From the NCBI GenBank assembly GCA_963770835.1, contig CAVYRH010000004.1, forward strand, positions 320,001 through 384,000: a stretch of 64,000 nucleotides of DNA, in the 5' to 3' direction. This document shows, piece by piece, positions 1 to 9,706 of this stretch (positions within the stretch are counted from its first letter, which is position 1; every line of letters starts with the position of its first letter). The translations under genes were made by a program, and so were the position numbers. This DNA comes from an uncultured Pseudomonadota bacterium. Lineage in GTDB: Bacteria > Oederibacteriota > Muellerivitia > Muellerivitales > Muellerivitaceae. The notes beneath the pieces were generated by a model that saw only the letters and a list, made by a program, of their open reading frames with translations, had not been told where the DNA came from and did no database searches.

Positions 1-2274
1 AACATTCCCGACGTGTCCATGAACGCGGACAACGACTTCGTCACGGCGGACAAGAGCTACACCAGCAACTCCAATTATTCCTATTACACGGTGGTGGGCA
101 CCAGCGCGGCGACGCCCCTTTGGGCCGGCTTCATGGCCCTGGCCAACCAGCAGGGCCAGGCGGACGGGGTGACCATCGACTTCGCCAATACCGCCCTTTA
201 CTCCATCGGCCAGGGGAGCAATTATGGGAATGATTTCCACGACATCACGACCGGCAACAACAACCTCGCCGGAAACCCGGCGCTTTATTCCGCCGTCACC
301 GGCTACGACCTGGCCACGGGCTGGGGATCGCCCGCGGGTCAGGGGCTGATCAACGACCTCACGGGGACGGCCGCTTTCGCCTGCAGCCCCACTCCCAAAC
401 CCACTTCAACACCCACCGCCAGCCCCACCCGCACGGCCTCCCCCACGCCCAGTCCCACCGCTTCCTCCACGCCCAGTTCCTCGCCCACGCGGACTCCGAC
501 GGGAACCCCCAGCGGTACGCCGACCCTGACGGCCACGGGGTCGCCTTCCCCGACGGCGTCGAACACCCCGGCCTCCACGGTCACGGCTTCCGCGACGGCC
601 ACGCCCACTCCCTCGGAAACCCCCACCGTTTCTTGGACGCCAACTTCCACGCCCTCGAACACCGCTACAGCGACGACCGCGGCAACTCCTTCCACTACAC
701 CGACAAATTCCTTCACCCCCAGCCCGACTCCATCCCTCACCGTTTCCGCTTCGCCAACCCCGACATCCACGGCCACCGACACAGCTACGAATACGGCCAC
801 GAAGACCGCGACCCAAACCGCAACCAATACCACGACGAATACGCCGACAGCCACCAACACGGAGACGAATAGCGCCACTTCCACACCCTTGAACACCGCA
901 ACCGCTTCGGCTTCGCCAACGCCGACGGCTATGGCCACTGACAGCGCGACTTCGACGCCCTCAACCACTTCCACGGCAACAAGCACCTCAACCTCGACAC
1001 CGACGGCAACCAATACAATGACGGCTACGAGTAGCGCCACTTCCACAGCTTCCAATACCGTCACGGCGACGAATACAACAACTTCCACGCCCTCGAACAC
1101 CGCCACGGCCACGAGCACCGCGACATCTACCGCCAGCTTTACACCGACCGCGACGTCAACCAATACTGCCACTTCCACATCTTCGAACACCTCCACACCG
1201 ACAGCTACGGCGACAAGCAGGGCGACTTCCACTCCCACGAACACCGCCACAACGACGAATACCACAACTTCCACGCCGACCGGAACGAGCACCTCAACCT
1301 CTTCCACAACCTCCACTCCAACGGCTACGGCCACGACTACGGCGACTCCAACACCCTCCAACACGGAAACCTCCACCCACAGCCCAACTCCCACGCCGAC
1401 AAACAGCGAAACTTATACGCCGACGAATACCGCGACGGCTTCGATGACGCCTAGCGCCACGGATTCCCTGACACCCACCGCTTCCTTTACGGCCACTGGG
1501 ACAGCGTCCCTCACCGCTTCATCTTCGCCAACGCCGACGAACACGGCCACGAATACAGCGACTTCGACAGCCTCCAACACGGCTACCGCGACCCACACCC
1601 CAACTCCTACGCCTGCGAATACATCGACGGCTAGCGCAACAGTCTCCCAAACACCAACAGCTTCATTAACATCAACTGGGACGCCGTCCAATACTCCCAC
1701 GAGCAGCGCGACTTTCACGCCATCGAACACCGCCACGGCTTCGCCTTCATCAACTCGAACAAACACGACCAGCTCGACTCCCACGGCCACGACGAGCTCC
1801 ACCCCAACACCTTCTTTGACCCCGACTTTCACGCCCTCAACCGCATCGACGGCTAGCGCGACAGCCTCCCAGACACCAACAGCTTCATTAACATCAACTG
1901 GGACTCCGTCCAACACCCCTGCGGCCCTATTTACTTTCACTCCGGCCGTCACGCCGACTTCCACCCCCACCGCCTCCGGCGGCACCCAGCCCGGATGGGC
2001 GGTTTACCCCAACCGGTCCCAGGGAGGGCAGCCCATCCATTGGGAAATCACCTTGGCCGGCCCTTCCCCCATAACCCTCAGCCTTTATGATTTGGCCGGG
2101 GAGCTGGTTTATCAAACGACGATCGAAGGAAATACCGGCGCCAATAGCCTCACATGGAATTTGCAAAACCAAACGGGACAGCAAGTGGCCAGCGGCCTTT
2201 ACGTGTTCGTGCTGAACATCGTCCAGGGATTCCCGGGGCCGGCGCCGCATGGAAAAGTCCTTATCCTGCGTTAA
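1..2274 (+). CDS. S53 (sedolisin/kumamolisin-like) peptidase, 5'-truncated by window edge, with ~530-aa Thr/Pro/Ser linker and C-terminal FlgD-Ig/T9SS-like domain
   Basis: Frame open from base 1 (NIPDVSMNAD); GTSAATPLWAG catalytic-Ser motif; FHDITTGNN and GYDLATGWGSP Ca-binding motifs; C-terminal YPN...LYDLAGELV...WNLQNQTGQQVASGLY...KVLILR. Confidence 0.88.
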   Translation, partial: NIPDVSMNADNDFVTADKSYTSNSNYSYYTVVGTSAATPLWAGFMALANQQGQADGVTIDFANTALYSIGQGSNYGNDFHDITTGNNNLAGNPALYSAVTGYDLATGWGSPAGQGLINDLTGTAAFACSPTPKPTSTPTASPTRTASPTPSPTASSTPSSSPTRTPTGTPSGTPTLTATGSPSPTASNTPASTVTASATATPTPSETPTVSWTPTSTPSNTATATTAATPSTTPTNSFTPSPTPSLTVSASPTPTSTATDTATNTATKTATQTATNTTTNTPTATNTETNSATSTPLNTATASASPTPTAMATDSATSTPSTTSTATSTSTSTPTATNTMTATSSATSTASNTVTATNTTTSTPSNTATATSTATSTASFTPTATSTNTATSTSSNTSTPTATATSRATSTPTNTATTTNTTTSTPTGTSTSTSSTTSTPTATATTTATPTPSNTETSTHSPTPTPTNSETYTPTNTATASMTPSATDSLTPTASFTATGTASLTASSSPTPTNTATNTATSTASNTATATHTPTPTPANTSTASATVSQTPTASLTSTGTPSNTPTSSATFTPSNTATASPSSTRTNTTSSTPTATTSSTPTPSLTPTFTPSTASTASATASQTPTASLTSTGTPSNTPAALFTFTPAVTPTSTPTASGGTQPGWAVYPNRSQGGQPIHWEITLAGPSPITLSLYDLAGELVYQTTIEGNTGANSLTWNLQNQTGQQVASGLYVFVLNIVQGFPGPAPHGKVLILR

Positions 2275-2494
2275 GGACTCCTCTGAAAACTAAAGTGTCA
2301 GCCTTGGAGCCGTGTTACCGATCGACTACATCCCAAGGAAAACGAACGTAACGCTCCGTAAGGCCTGGGTGAAAGCCTTACCGTCTCTTTACCGAAGCCC
2401 TTCGCCGAAAGATTTTATAATTGCTTACTAACTCCATTCGCATTCAACGAAAAATAAATCCGCTGGCTCCTGAGGGGTCCGGCCCGATAATAAA

Positions 2495-3691
2495 ATGAAG
2501 GCGGCCGCTTTGCGCAGGTCATGGATCCAAAGATTCCGGGTAGGGCTGGCTTTTTTACCGCTTTTGCCCCTTTTCATCCTCACCGCCGGCTGTCCCGGGA
2601 AGAACAGCCCGTCCTCCGCTTCCAGTTCCTCGGTGCTCACTTCGACCGACACCCCTACCCCCACCGACACGCCCAACGCCACGGCGACGGCCCAGGCCAA
2701 CGCCACCGCTACGGCCCAGGCCAATTACGTGGCCACCCATGACGCCAAGGCCACATCCACGGCCCAGGTCGGCGCCACCGAAACCCAACAGGCCGGCGAG
2801 ACCGCCACGGCCCGGGCTACCTCAACCCCGACGCCCCCCGTCAACGCCACGGCCACGGTGACCCCCACCCCCTATCCCAGGACGGTTTGGTCCGTTTATT
2901 CCACCTTGGGCCAATATGGCACCGACGGCGTGAACGGCGATTTTGATTGCGCCATGGGCGTGGCGGTGGGCGCGGGTTACCTCGCGGTCGGCGACATTTG
3001 CAGCGAAAACGTCCAGGTGTTCAACTCCAGCGGCACCTATCTTTACAGCGTCCCGCCCGACGGCGCCACGCCCTCCCTCTGGGGGATGACCATCGATTCC
3101 AACGGGGAACTTTACGTCGCGGATTACGGGTCCGGCGAGGTGGACGGGTACGACCTGGGCCTCACGGGCTATACCTACGATTACACCTGGTCCGCCCAGG
3201 GGAATATGGGAGGGCCCCGCGGGGTTAAAACCGACGCCCAAGGAAACCTGGTGGTGGCCGATTACTCCGACGGAAAAATTTGGAACCTGTCCTGGGCGGA
3301 TGATTCGGTCCTTCATCAAACCACCACGGGGCCTTCCGGCGGCATGGGACCCACCGACGTGGCCTTGGACGCCTCTGGGAACCTCTACGTCACGGACGAC
3401 AACAACAGCCAAGTTGACGAATTCAACAACCAATACCATTACACCGGCTTCTTCAACGGCTCGGGATGGGCAAGCGCCCTGAACGTGCCTTGCGGCGTGG
3501 GGGTAGACTCCCAGGGGAACCTTTTCATTTCAGATATCTACAACGCCAGGGTGGTTTACGCCACGCCGCAGGGGGGCTACCTCGGGGAAATCGACGGGTT
3601 TGGCTGGCCCAATTACCTGGTGCTGGATTCCAGCGATGATTTGTTCGTGGTCGACGAAGTCAACTACCAAGTCGACGAATACATAAGGTGA
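2495..3691 (+). CDS. NHL-repeat beta-propeller lipoprotein with Thr-rich linker
   Basis: Lipobox LTAG-C then PGKNSPSS; repeats such as PTDVALDASGNLYVTD and PCGVGVDSQGNLFISD. Confidence 0.82.
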   Translation: MKAAALRRSWIQRFRVGLAFLPLLPLFILTAGCPGKNSPSSASSSSVLTSTDTPTPTDTPNATATAQANATATAQANYVATHDAKATSTAQVGATETQQAGETATARATSTPTPPVNATATVTPTPYPRTVWSVYSTLGQYGTDGVNGDFDCAMGVAVGAGYLAVGDICSENVQVFNSSGTYLYSVPPDGATPSLWGMTIDSNGELYVADYGSGEVDGYDLGLTGYTYDYTWSAQGNMGGPRGVKTDAQGNLVVADYSDGKIWNLSWADDSVLHQTTTGPSGGMGPTDVALDASGNLYVTDDNNSQVDEFNNQYHYTGFFNGSGWASALNVPCGVGVDSQGNLFISDIYNARVVYATPQGGYLGEIDGFGWPNYLVLDSSDDLFVVDEVNYQVDEYIR

Positions 3692-3717
3692 CGACCCGTT
3701 TTTTAAAGGAGGCTCCC

Positions 3718-3930
3718 ATGAAAAAGCTGCTCACCCTGGCGATGGCCGTGGTTTTCCTGGCCGCGGCGGCCGGCTGGGCCCAAACCCGGCGGGAGCATAC
3801 CCGGCCCCCCTACTCGGGTCCGAGGGTCAAAAAATCGAAAAAGCCACTTCCCGGTTGGACGCATCCCCACCCGGGTTCCAAGTCGGGCCTCGCGAAAAAA
3901 GGCAAAGCGGACCACATCCTGGTCCGGTAA
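3718..3930 (+). CDS. small basic secreted protein
   Basis: AAGGAGG RBS before ATG 3718; signal peptide MKKLLTLAMAVVFLAAAAGWA; Lys/Pro-rich mature part. Confidence 0.65.
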   Translation: MKKLLTLAMAVVFLAAAAGWAQTRREHTRPPYSGPRVKKSKKPLPGWTHPHPGSKSGLAKKGKADHILVR

Positions 3931-4016
3931 CCGGCTGGGTTTTTCGTGAATTGTGGTATCCTTGGGGCATAGTTTAATCGGACATAAAGATTCATTATTG
4001 AGGGAGCGGGAATATT

Positions 4017-4670
4017 ATGAAGAAAACAGTAGCTGCTTTTTTATCAATACTTCTTATGGGTTTGTTTTTCACCACTGCCTGTAATCACATCATCCCCACG
4101 GCGCCTCCGCCTCCGACCCCCACACCAACCGCCTATTTCATCCCGACTTCCACGCCCGGTTGCTATTCGGCCAGCGCCTTGCCCGTCACCCAATATGCTT
4201 ATCCCAACCCCATGCCTCCCATGGCGATGGCGACCCCTTTTTGGATTACGCCGGTTTTGGGGCCTGAAACTATTTCCGGTTCCAGCGAAATCGATGATGG
4301 TTCCCACTACAGTGCCATTTTGCGTTCCTTGGCGGAATGGAACAGTTATTGGGCCGACCTGGGCCAAACGGCGCCCCCGCCCCCCACGAACTTTTCCCAA
4401 ACCATGGTTCTCGTGCTGGAAGGCCAAGCCCTGTACCGGGTTTGCTACACCGGCACCAACGTGGTGGTCTATCAAGGGTCAGGTGGTGGCGGCACTCAAA
4501 TTGTCATAAATCCCATCGTCCCGATAATTCTGGGAACCAGCCCCACGCCGACCCCCATCCCAACCGCTACTCCAACACCTACACCCGCCACCCTGCCCCA
4601 AAACCTCTATCTGATTCCGGCTTCCAGCTTGCCGATCAGTTTCGTCACTTCTTATTTAATGGCCTCGTAA
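4017..4670 (+). CDS. Pro/Thr-rich lipoprotein, PrcB C-terminal-like domain
   Basis: GGGAG RBS; lipobox FTTA-C; ILRSLAEWNSYW...PPTNFSQTMVLVL segment; paralog of 6795..7535. Confidence 0.7.
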   Translation: MKKTVAAFLSILLMGLFFTTACNHIIPTAPPPPTPTPTAYFIPTSTPGCYSASALPVTQYAYPNPMPPMAMATPFWITPVLGPETISGSSEIDDGSHYSAILRSLAEWNSYWADLGQTAPPPPTNFSQTMVLVLEGQALYRVCYTGTNVVVYQGSGGGGTQIVINPIVPIILGTSPTPTPIPTATPTPTPATLPQNLYLIPASSLPISFVTSYLMAS

Positions 4671-4816
4671 TTTAAACTCCGTCCCCTTATCAAGGGATGG
4701 TATTGAAGGAGCGGCGTGCCTGAAAAACGGCAAAGCGGCCGGGCGCATTACTGTGGATGTCGCGGAGCAATTCGGCGGTTAAGTGCGGGAACGAAGGGGA
4801 CCCACAAAGTTCGCGA

Positions 4817-5164
4817 TTAAACGAGGATTTTTTCCCGTTCCTTTAGAGCCGCTTTTCTTTTTCTTGGGACGGGCGGTTGGTGAAGCATGATCAGTTCGGA
4901 GGGATGCTCCAGGGATTTCAACTTAGGTTTCTTTCCGGGGTTTTGACGTTTCCACTCCCACCGGAACACCCAAATCTCGAAAACAAGGAAGGCCAGGAAA
5001 ACCAGAAGCGCCCCGATGCCAGGTAAAGGGGAAGGTGCCGAGTCCGGCGCGGCCGTGAGGGAAGCCCCGGCGCAAACGCCGAGAGAACCAGCCAAGGCCC
5101 AAAAGTAAAACACCGGTAATAACCCGCCGCGCATGGACCTCTTCCATGAGAATAAATTTTCCAT
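4817..5164 (-). CDS. small membrane protein, hypothetical
   Basis: GGAGG RBS before ATG 5164; two hydrophobic segments and a basic tail. Confidence 0.6.
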   Translation of the reverse strand: MENLFSWKRSMRGGLLPVFYFWALAGSLGVCAGASLTAAPDSAPSPLPGIGALLVFLAFLVFEIWVFRWEWKRQNPGKKPKLKSLEHPSELIMLHQPPVPRKRKAALKEREKILV

Positions 5165-5376
5165 AACCGCGCCTCCCTTACTCATCTGTCTGATATTTCA
5201 GGTTTGATTATGGGAACCGCGGTCGAAAAATGAAAAGGCCAATCGAAAGAAATTTCGTTAACCGTTTTATTTAAAACCGATTTTAGTTTTTGGATTTTAT
5301 TTACTATTTACACCAGTTGCTCCCTTGATTATTGTTCCTGGAAGCCATCAGCGGATTTTAAGGAAAGGCGCGGGGC

Positions 5377-6126
5377 ATGGAACATTGGGAAGCTTGGTGC
5401 AACCTGGGCGGTTCGCTGCTGGGCGCCTTAGGCGGCCTCTACCTGACCTACGACATCCTGGGCGGGAAGGACGGGCCTCTGGCAGGAGTGACCCGAGTTG
5501 TGACTTACGCGGCCTTCTTCGCGTTTTTCTACAGCCTGGGGCTGGGCTTGAGGTTCGGCCTGATCACCAGCATCGGGATGGGGCTGATGCTGGGCTACGA
5601 CTTTTACCTGGAAGCCCGCCGGGTGCGGATCAAGGGCAAGCCCCGGCATTGGAGCACGGGAGTGATCCTGGCCACCAGCCGCGCCCTGGCCCTTTCCCTT
5701 GGGCTGATGGCCATCACCAATGGGCGAGTCTTCCTGTTCCTTTTCCCCCTCTACGCCCTTTTCCTCAGCGTGACCTATCTCCTGGGCATGTCCCCCGCGG
5801 ACAACCGAAGGGTTTGCAAGCGCATGGAAATCCGGGCCGTGAATTTTTGGCTTTCGGTGCTGCGGGGCGTGGGCGGCGGGCTTTCCTTCTGGGCGGCGGT
5901 TGCCATCGTTTCGGCCTTGGCCGGTAAGGACTTTTCCTTCGTCCCCGCCTGGCGCGTGGGCCTAACGGTGGGCTGCACCAGTTTCGCCGTGGGCACCCTC
6001 ACGCCCTGGGTGGAATGGTGGGTGGAGCGGCTCTCCCGCCGCTGGCTGGCGGTCATCGGCGTGACCTTCGCCATCCTGGGTTTCCTGCTCCAGGCCCTGC
6101 CCAATTGGATCGTCTTGCTTCAATAG
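5377..6126 (+). CDS. multi-pass membrane protein, hypothetical
   Basis: 249-aa ORF with about 8 hydrophobic segments and GC3-rich codons. Confidence 0.75.
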   Translation: MEHWEAWCNLGGSLLGALGGLYLTYDILGGKDGPLAGVTRVVTYAAFFAFFYSLGLGLRFGLITSIGMGLMLGYDFYLEARRVRIKGKPRHWSTGVILATSRALALSLGLMAITNGRVFLFLFPLYALFLSVTYLLGMSPADNRRVCKRMEIRAVNFWLSVLRGVGGGLSFWAAVAIVSALAGKDFSFVPAWRVGLTVGCTSFAVGTLTPWVEWWVERLSRRWLAVIGVTFAILGFLLQALPNWIVLLQ

Positions 6127-6194
6127 GGTAACTTTTCAACCAGGGAAAGGGTAGGACCCTTTAAGCCCGATATTGGAAGGTAAGGGGGGAAACG

Positions 6195-6770
6195 GTGAAA
6201 AAGAAAATGACGTGGCTGATGGCGGCGCTGGCGGTCCTGCTTTTCCGGGTCCAGCCGGCACAAGCCGATTCGACGACAGGAGGGAATGCCATGGGCGCTG
6301 AAAACACACCCACCACGGGCGGTGAAATGAAATACAGGAAGTACACGAAGGAAGAACTCAAGAAAAAGCTCACCCCGATGCAGTACGAAGTGACCCAGGA
6401 AGACGGCACCGAGCCGCCCTTCCATAACGAATACTGGGACAACCACAAGGAGGGGATCTACGTGGACGTCGTCTCCGGCGAGCCCCTTTTCAGCTCCCTG
6501 GACAAGTTCGATTCCGGGACGGGCTGGCCCAGCTTCACCCGGCCCCTGGACCCCGCCAACATCGTGGAAAAGACGGACAAAAGCCTGTTTGAGACGAGGA
6601 CCGAAGTGCGCAGCAAGCACACCAACTGCCACCTGGGCCATGTGTTCGACGACGGCCCGGCGCCCACGGGGCAGCGCTTTTGCATGGATTCGGCTTCCTT
6701 AAGGTTCATCCCCAAGGCGGATTTGGTGAAGGAAGGCTATGGGAAATACCTGAAGCTCTTCGAAAAATAA
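6195..6770 (+). CDS. msrB: peptide-methionine (R)-S-oxide reductase with signal peptide
   Basis: [27 protein letters not shown] and RFCMDS motifs; N-terminal signal ending AQA. Confidence 0.95.
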   Translation: MKKKMTWLMAALAVLLFRVQPAQADSTTGGNAMGAENTPTTGGEMKYRKYTKEELKKKLTPMQYEVTQEDGTEPPFHNEYWDNHKEGIYVDVVSGEPLFSSLDKFDSGTGWPSFTRPLDPANIVEKTDKSLFETRTEVRSKHTNCHLGHVFDDGPAPTGQRFCMDSASLRFIPKADLVKEGYGKYLKLFEK

Positions 6771-6794
6771 CGAGTGTTTGGAAGAACCCGGAAT

Positions 6795-7535
6795 TTACAC
6801 CGGGCAGGGGCAAATTAAACCGGGGGTTTGAAGCGTTCCACTCTGGTCCCAAATAATGGAAGCGGGGGAAGCGGGAACCACCACCCCTACGGCGTCATAA
6901 AGATAGATCGTGTCGCCTACTCCTGGATTGCAATTGTCCCCGGGGCTGGGTGTGGCGGTCGGCACCGGGGTCAGCACCGGTATCGGGGTAAAATTGGGAC
7001 CCGGTGTAAGGGGAATGATTGTAAGAGGCGGACAGTTACACTGGGAAGTATATTGGTCGTAGGAAACCGTGATATTCCCCGGCGTCGAGCAGACGTTTTG
7101 GACGGAAACGGTGTAATTGTATAGGGGGGACGGCGTTGGGTAGTTCAAATCGGATTCGTAAACATAGTGGTTCCCGCTACAAGTCCCGCTATAAGGAAGA
7201 TAGGGAAGGATGTATTGGCTCACCGGAACGCTTTGAAGGTTGATGAGGATCATTTGATTTGCCAGGTTGGCGGGAGGGACTGGCGCGGAAGTGGAGCCGT
7301 AGTAATTTTGCCAATCCGCTAGGGTGCGGATGACGAAGAAGAAGGTCCCGGGCGCGCTGGGCGCTGTGACCGGAGTGGGCAGGGTAACAGAGGTAAACCC
7401 GCAAACGGGTGTCGCCCCCATCGTTGGGGTTACAGTTGGAACGGGTGGGGTGGGGGTAACGGGCAGGGTCGGGTGACAGGCCCAGGAGATCACGAGCGAA
7501 GTAACGGCCAAAACCATCAATAAGTACTTTTTCAT
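6795..7535 (-). CDS. Cys-rich Pro/Thr-rich lipoprotein, PrcB C-terminal-like domain
   Basis: Lipobox ISWA-C; VIRTLADWQNYY...PPANLANQMILI segment; paralog of 4017..4670. Confidence 0.7.
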   Translation of the reverse strand: MKKYLLMVLAVTSLVISWACHPTLPVTPTPPVPTVTPTMGATPVCGFTSVTLPTPVTAPSAPGTFFFVIRTLADWQNYYGSTSAPVPPANLANQMILINLQSVPVSQYILPYLPYSGTCSGNHYVYESDLNYPTPSPLYNYTVSVQNVCSTPGNITVSYDQYTSQCNCPPLTIIPLTPGPNFTPIPVLTPVPTATPSPGDNCNPGVGDTIYLYDAVGVVVPASPASIIWDQSGTLQTPGLICPCPV

Positions 7536-7685
7536 ATTTATCCCTTCATAAACATTAACATTACTTACCTTTACACAAATAATAGCCTACCACGATTCGA
7601 GGGGTATTCAATCCAACCGGGGGGTCAACCGCCGGAGGAACTTCACTCCATTGGTTAAAGGACAGGCATAACGACCTTTTGGGGG

Positions 7686-7880
7686 TTAATTGGCCTGGAA
7701 GCGGCTGATGACGGCCTTGAACTCCAGGCCCTCGGGCGTGTAGCGGCAAAAGGATTCCTCCGGGGTTTTCCCGTTGTCCACCTTTTCCAGCCAACCCTTG
7801 CGGATGAAGGCCTCGACGGCCGATTTGTCGTCGAAGAGATAAACGGCCCTGGTTTTGTTGTTTTCAATTGTTAAGTTCAT
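7686..7880 (-). CDS. small hypothetical protein (64 aa)
   Basis: GAAGG RBS before ATG; GC3-biased codons; protein-like composition. Confidence 0.6.
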   Translation of the reverse strand: MNLTIENNKTRAVYLFDDKSAVEAFIRKGWLEKVDNGKTPEESFCRYTPEGLEFKAVISRFQAN

Positions 7881-7985
7881 GGCTTACCTTCTTTGTGAAT
7901 GCGCGATGGGACCAATCTAGGAAAGACCGTCCAAAGGTTCAAGGTGGGGCAGCCGGGTGCCAGTGGAACCCGGGTCGGCTTTCTG

Positions 7986-8087
7986 GTGGAGCCCCGGGCT
8001 TGCCCGGGGCTCCACGAAGTCCAAGCTTCGCTTGCCGGGCCTTTCAGGCCCGGTCCGCTTTCATCCCCGGGCAAGCCCGTGGATTTC
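7986..8087. repeat. cluster of GC-rich hairpins, IS200/IS605-end or REP-like
   Basis: GTGGAGCCCCGGGC-TT-GCCCGGGGCTCCAC at 7986-8015; related ATCCCCGGGC-AA-GCCCGTGGAT at 8063-8084; two further hairpins between them. Confidence 0.6.
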
Positions 8088-8197
8088 AATGCGCCGACTT
8101 TAACACCCTGTTAAAACTCCGCAAAGGCCCTGGCTTTGGCCCGGGCCGGGTTCCATAATGGCGCCGGTTTTCAACCCGCCGGTAAAGGAATCGAAAT

Positions 8198-9643
8198 ATG
8201 GCCTCCCACTCCTCACGTTGGATCATCCTCGCGCTTCTCACCGTCCTTCTTCCCGCCTCCGCCTTCGCCGACGTACTGGTTTGGGGGAGCGGACCCGTCA
8301 CCCTCCCGAGCACATTCCTCCTCATGTCTGACCTTCACTTCGACCCTTTCGCCGATCCTGCACTGGTGCCCGCGCTGATCCAGCATCCTGTGGAGGACTG
8401 GGAAGGCATCCTGGATTCCTCTAAGGTCACAGCCATCGCGCCTTATGGTAAGGATTCCAATTGGCCCCTACTTCTTTCGGCCCTCCGGCAGGCCAAAAAC
8501 AATGCCCCCTTTGGCACTTACGATTTCGCGGTCATCACCGGCGACTACCTGGTGCACGAGTCCCGCAAACTGTTCGAGCCCTTCGGCGGCAAGGACGAGA
8601 AGGTCTATGAGGATTTCGTGCTGAAGACCGAGGTCTTCACGGCGAGGGAGGTGCAAAAAAATCTGCCGGGGGTGCCGGTTTATTTCTGCCTGGGCAACAA
8701 CGACTCGGAATGCGGCGACTACATGATCGCCACGAAGAGCGATTTTCTCGGCACCCTTTCCAAGGAATGGGGGGTGCTGGCGGCCAACCCGAAGGCGGCG
8801 GAGAGCTTCGCCGACACAGGCAATTACGCCTTGCCCCATCCCACAGTGCCGGGAATGGAGCTGGTTTCCCTGAACGATGTCTATTGGTCCAACCGCTTCG
8901 CGCCGGATTCCTGCTACCCCCAAAGCGGCGACCCGGGGAAGGCCACGATGGACTGGCTGGAAAGCCAGTTGAAGGATGCCAAGAAAAAACACCTCAAGGT
9001 TCAGCTGGTCATGCACATCCCGCCGGGCGCGGACGTCTTCGCCACCCTCCGGAAAATAACCATGGGCGTGTCCGGCACCAACGCGGTCCAGCTTTTTTGG
9101 GCGCCGAAATACGAGCAGGAATTCCTGGACCTAGTGAAGGCCTATCCCGGAGTGCTGGTTTCAGGCTTCGGGGGACACACCCATATGGACGACTTCCGGG
9201 TTCTGGACGGGGGCCCGGGGAAGGCGCCCTTCTTCATCCATATCTGTCCGGCGGTCAGCCCCATCCGGGGCAATAATCCGGGCTTCCAGGTGGCCATCTA
9301 CGACCGCGACACTGGCGCCATCCAGGACCTGGTGACCTACGATTTGACCAACCTGAGAGACGCCCCCACAGCCCCGGATGCCCGGTGGAAGCTGGAATAC
9401 GACTTCGACAAGGCTTACGGCCTGTCCGGCTACGACGGAGCGAGCCTCTTGGCCCTGGCGGACAAGATTCAAACCTCCGACGCCATCCGTCATACCTATT
9501 CGCTTTCTTACATGGGTTCGGCGGCGGAAACGGAACAGGGCAAATTCATCCCGGACGACGCCTGGAAGGTTTTGGACTGCCTCCATACCCAGTGGACGGC
9601 GGAGGGCCTGGCGGCCGCCTTGGCCCCGGCGGCAGGGAAATAA
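8198..9643 (+). CDS. secreted calcineurin-like metallophosphoesterase, acid sphingomyelinase/SMPDL3-like
   Basis: Signal peptide ending AFA; DLHFDP, TGD, LGNND, MHIPPG, GHTHMDDF and SPIRGNNPGF motifs. Confidence 0.85.
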   Translation: MASHSSRWIILALLTVLLPASAFADVLVWGSGPVTLPSTFLLMSDLHFDPFADPALVPALIQHPVEDWEGILDSSKVTAIAPYGKDSNWPLLLSALRQAKNNAPFGTYDFAVITGDYLVHESRKLFEPFGGKDEKVYEDFVLKTEVFTAREVQKNLPGVPVYFCLGNNDSECGDYMIATKSDFLGTLSKEWGVLAANPKAAESFADTGNYALPHPTVPGMELVSLNDVYWSNRFAPDSCYPQSGDPGKATMDWLESQLKDAKKKHLKVQLVMHIPPGADVFATLRKITMGVSGTNAVQLFWAPKYEQEFLDLVKAYPGVLVSGFGGHTHMDDFRVLDGGPGKAPFFIHICPAVSPIRGNNPGFQVAIYDRDTGAIQDLVTYDLTNLRDAPTAPDARWKLEYDFDKAYGLSGYDGASLLALADKIQTSDAIRHTYSLSYMGSAAETEQGKFIPDDAWKVLDCLHTQWTAEGLAAALAPAAGK

Positions 9644-9706
9644 ACAAGCTTGATTTGAGGCCCCCTTTGGAAGAAGGTGAAAGCCATCCCTTTAAAGGAG
9701 TTCCCC

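Noticed and set aside
339..1985. Long Val-rich minus-strand ORFs (also 34523-34972, 53024-53413, 63472-63987, and plus-strand 11340-11681)
   Set aside because: Antisense shadows of Thr-codon-rich linkers in real genes.
4684..4740. CTTATCAAG start resembling a SAM-I riboswitch
   Set aside because: Core SAM-I motifs and the closing GATAA strand are missing, and it lies between convergent stop codons.
7930..7980. GGTTCAAG segment resembling 6S RNA
   Set aside because: No complementary CTTGAACC arm and no long rod structure visible.
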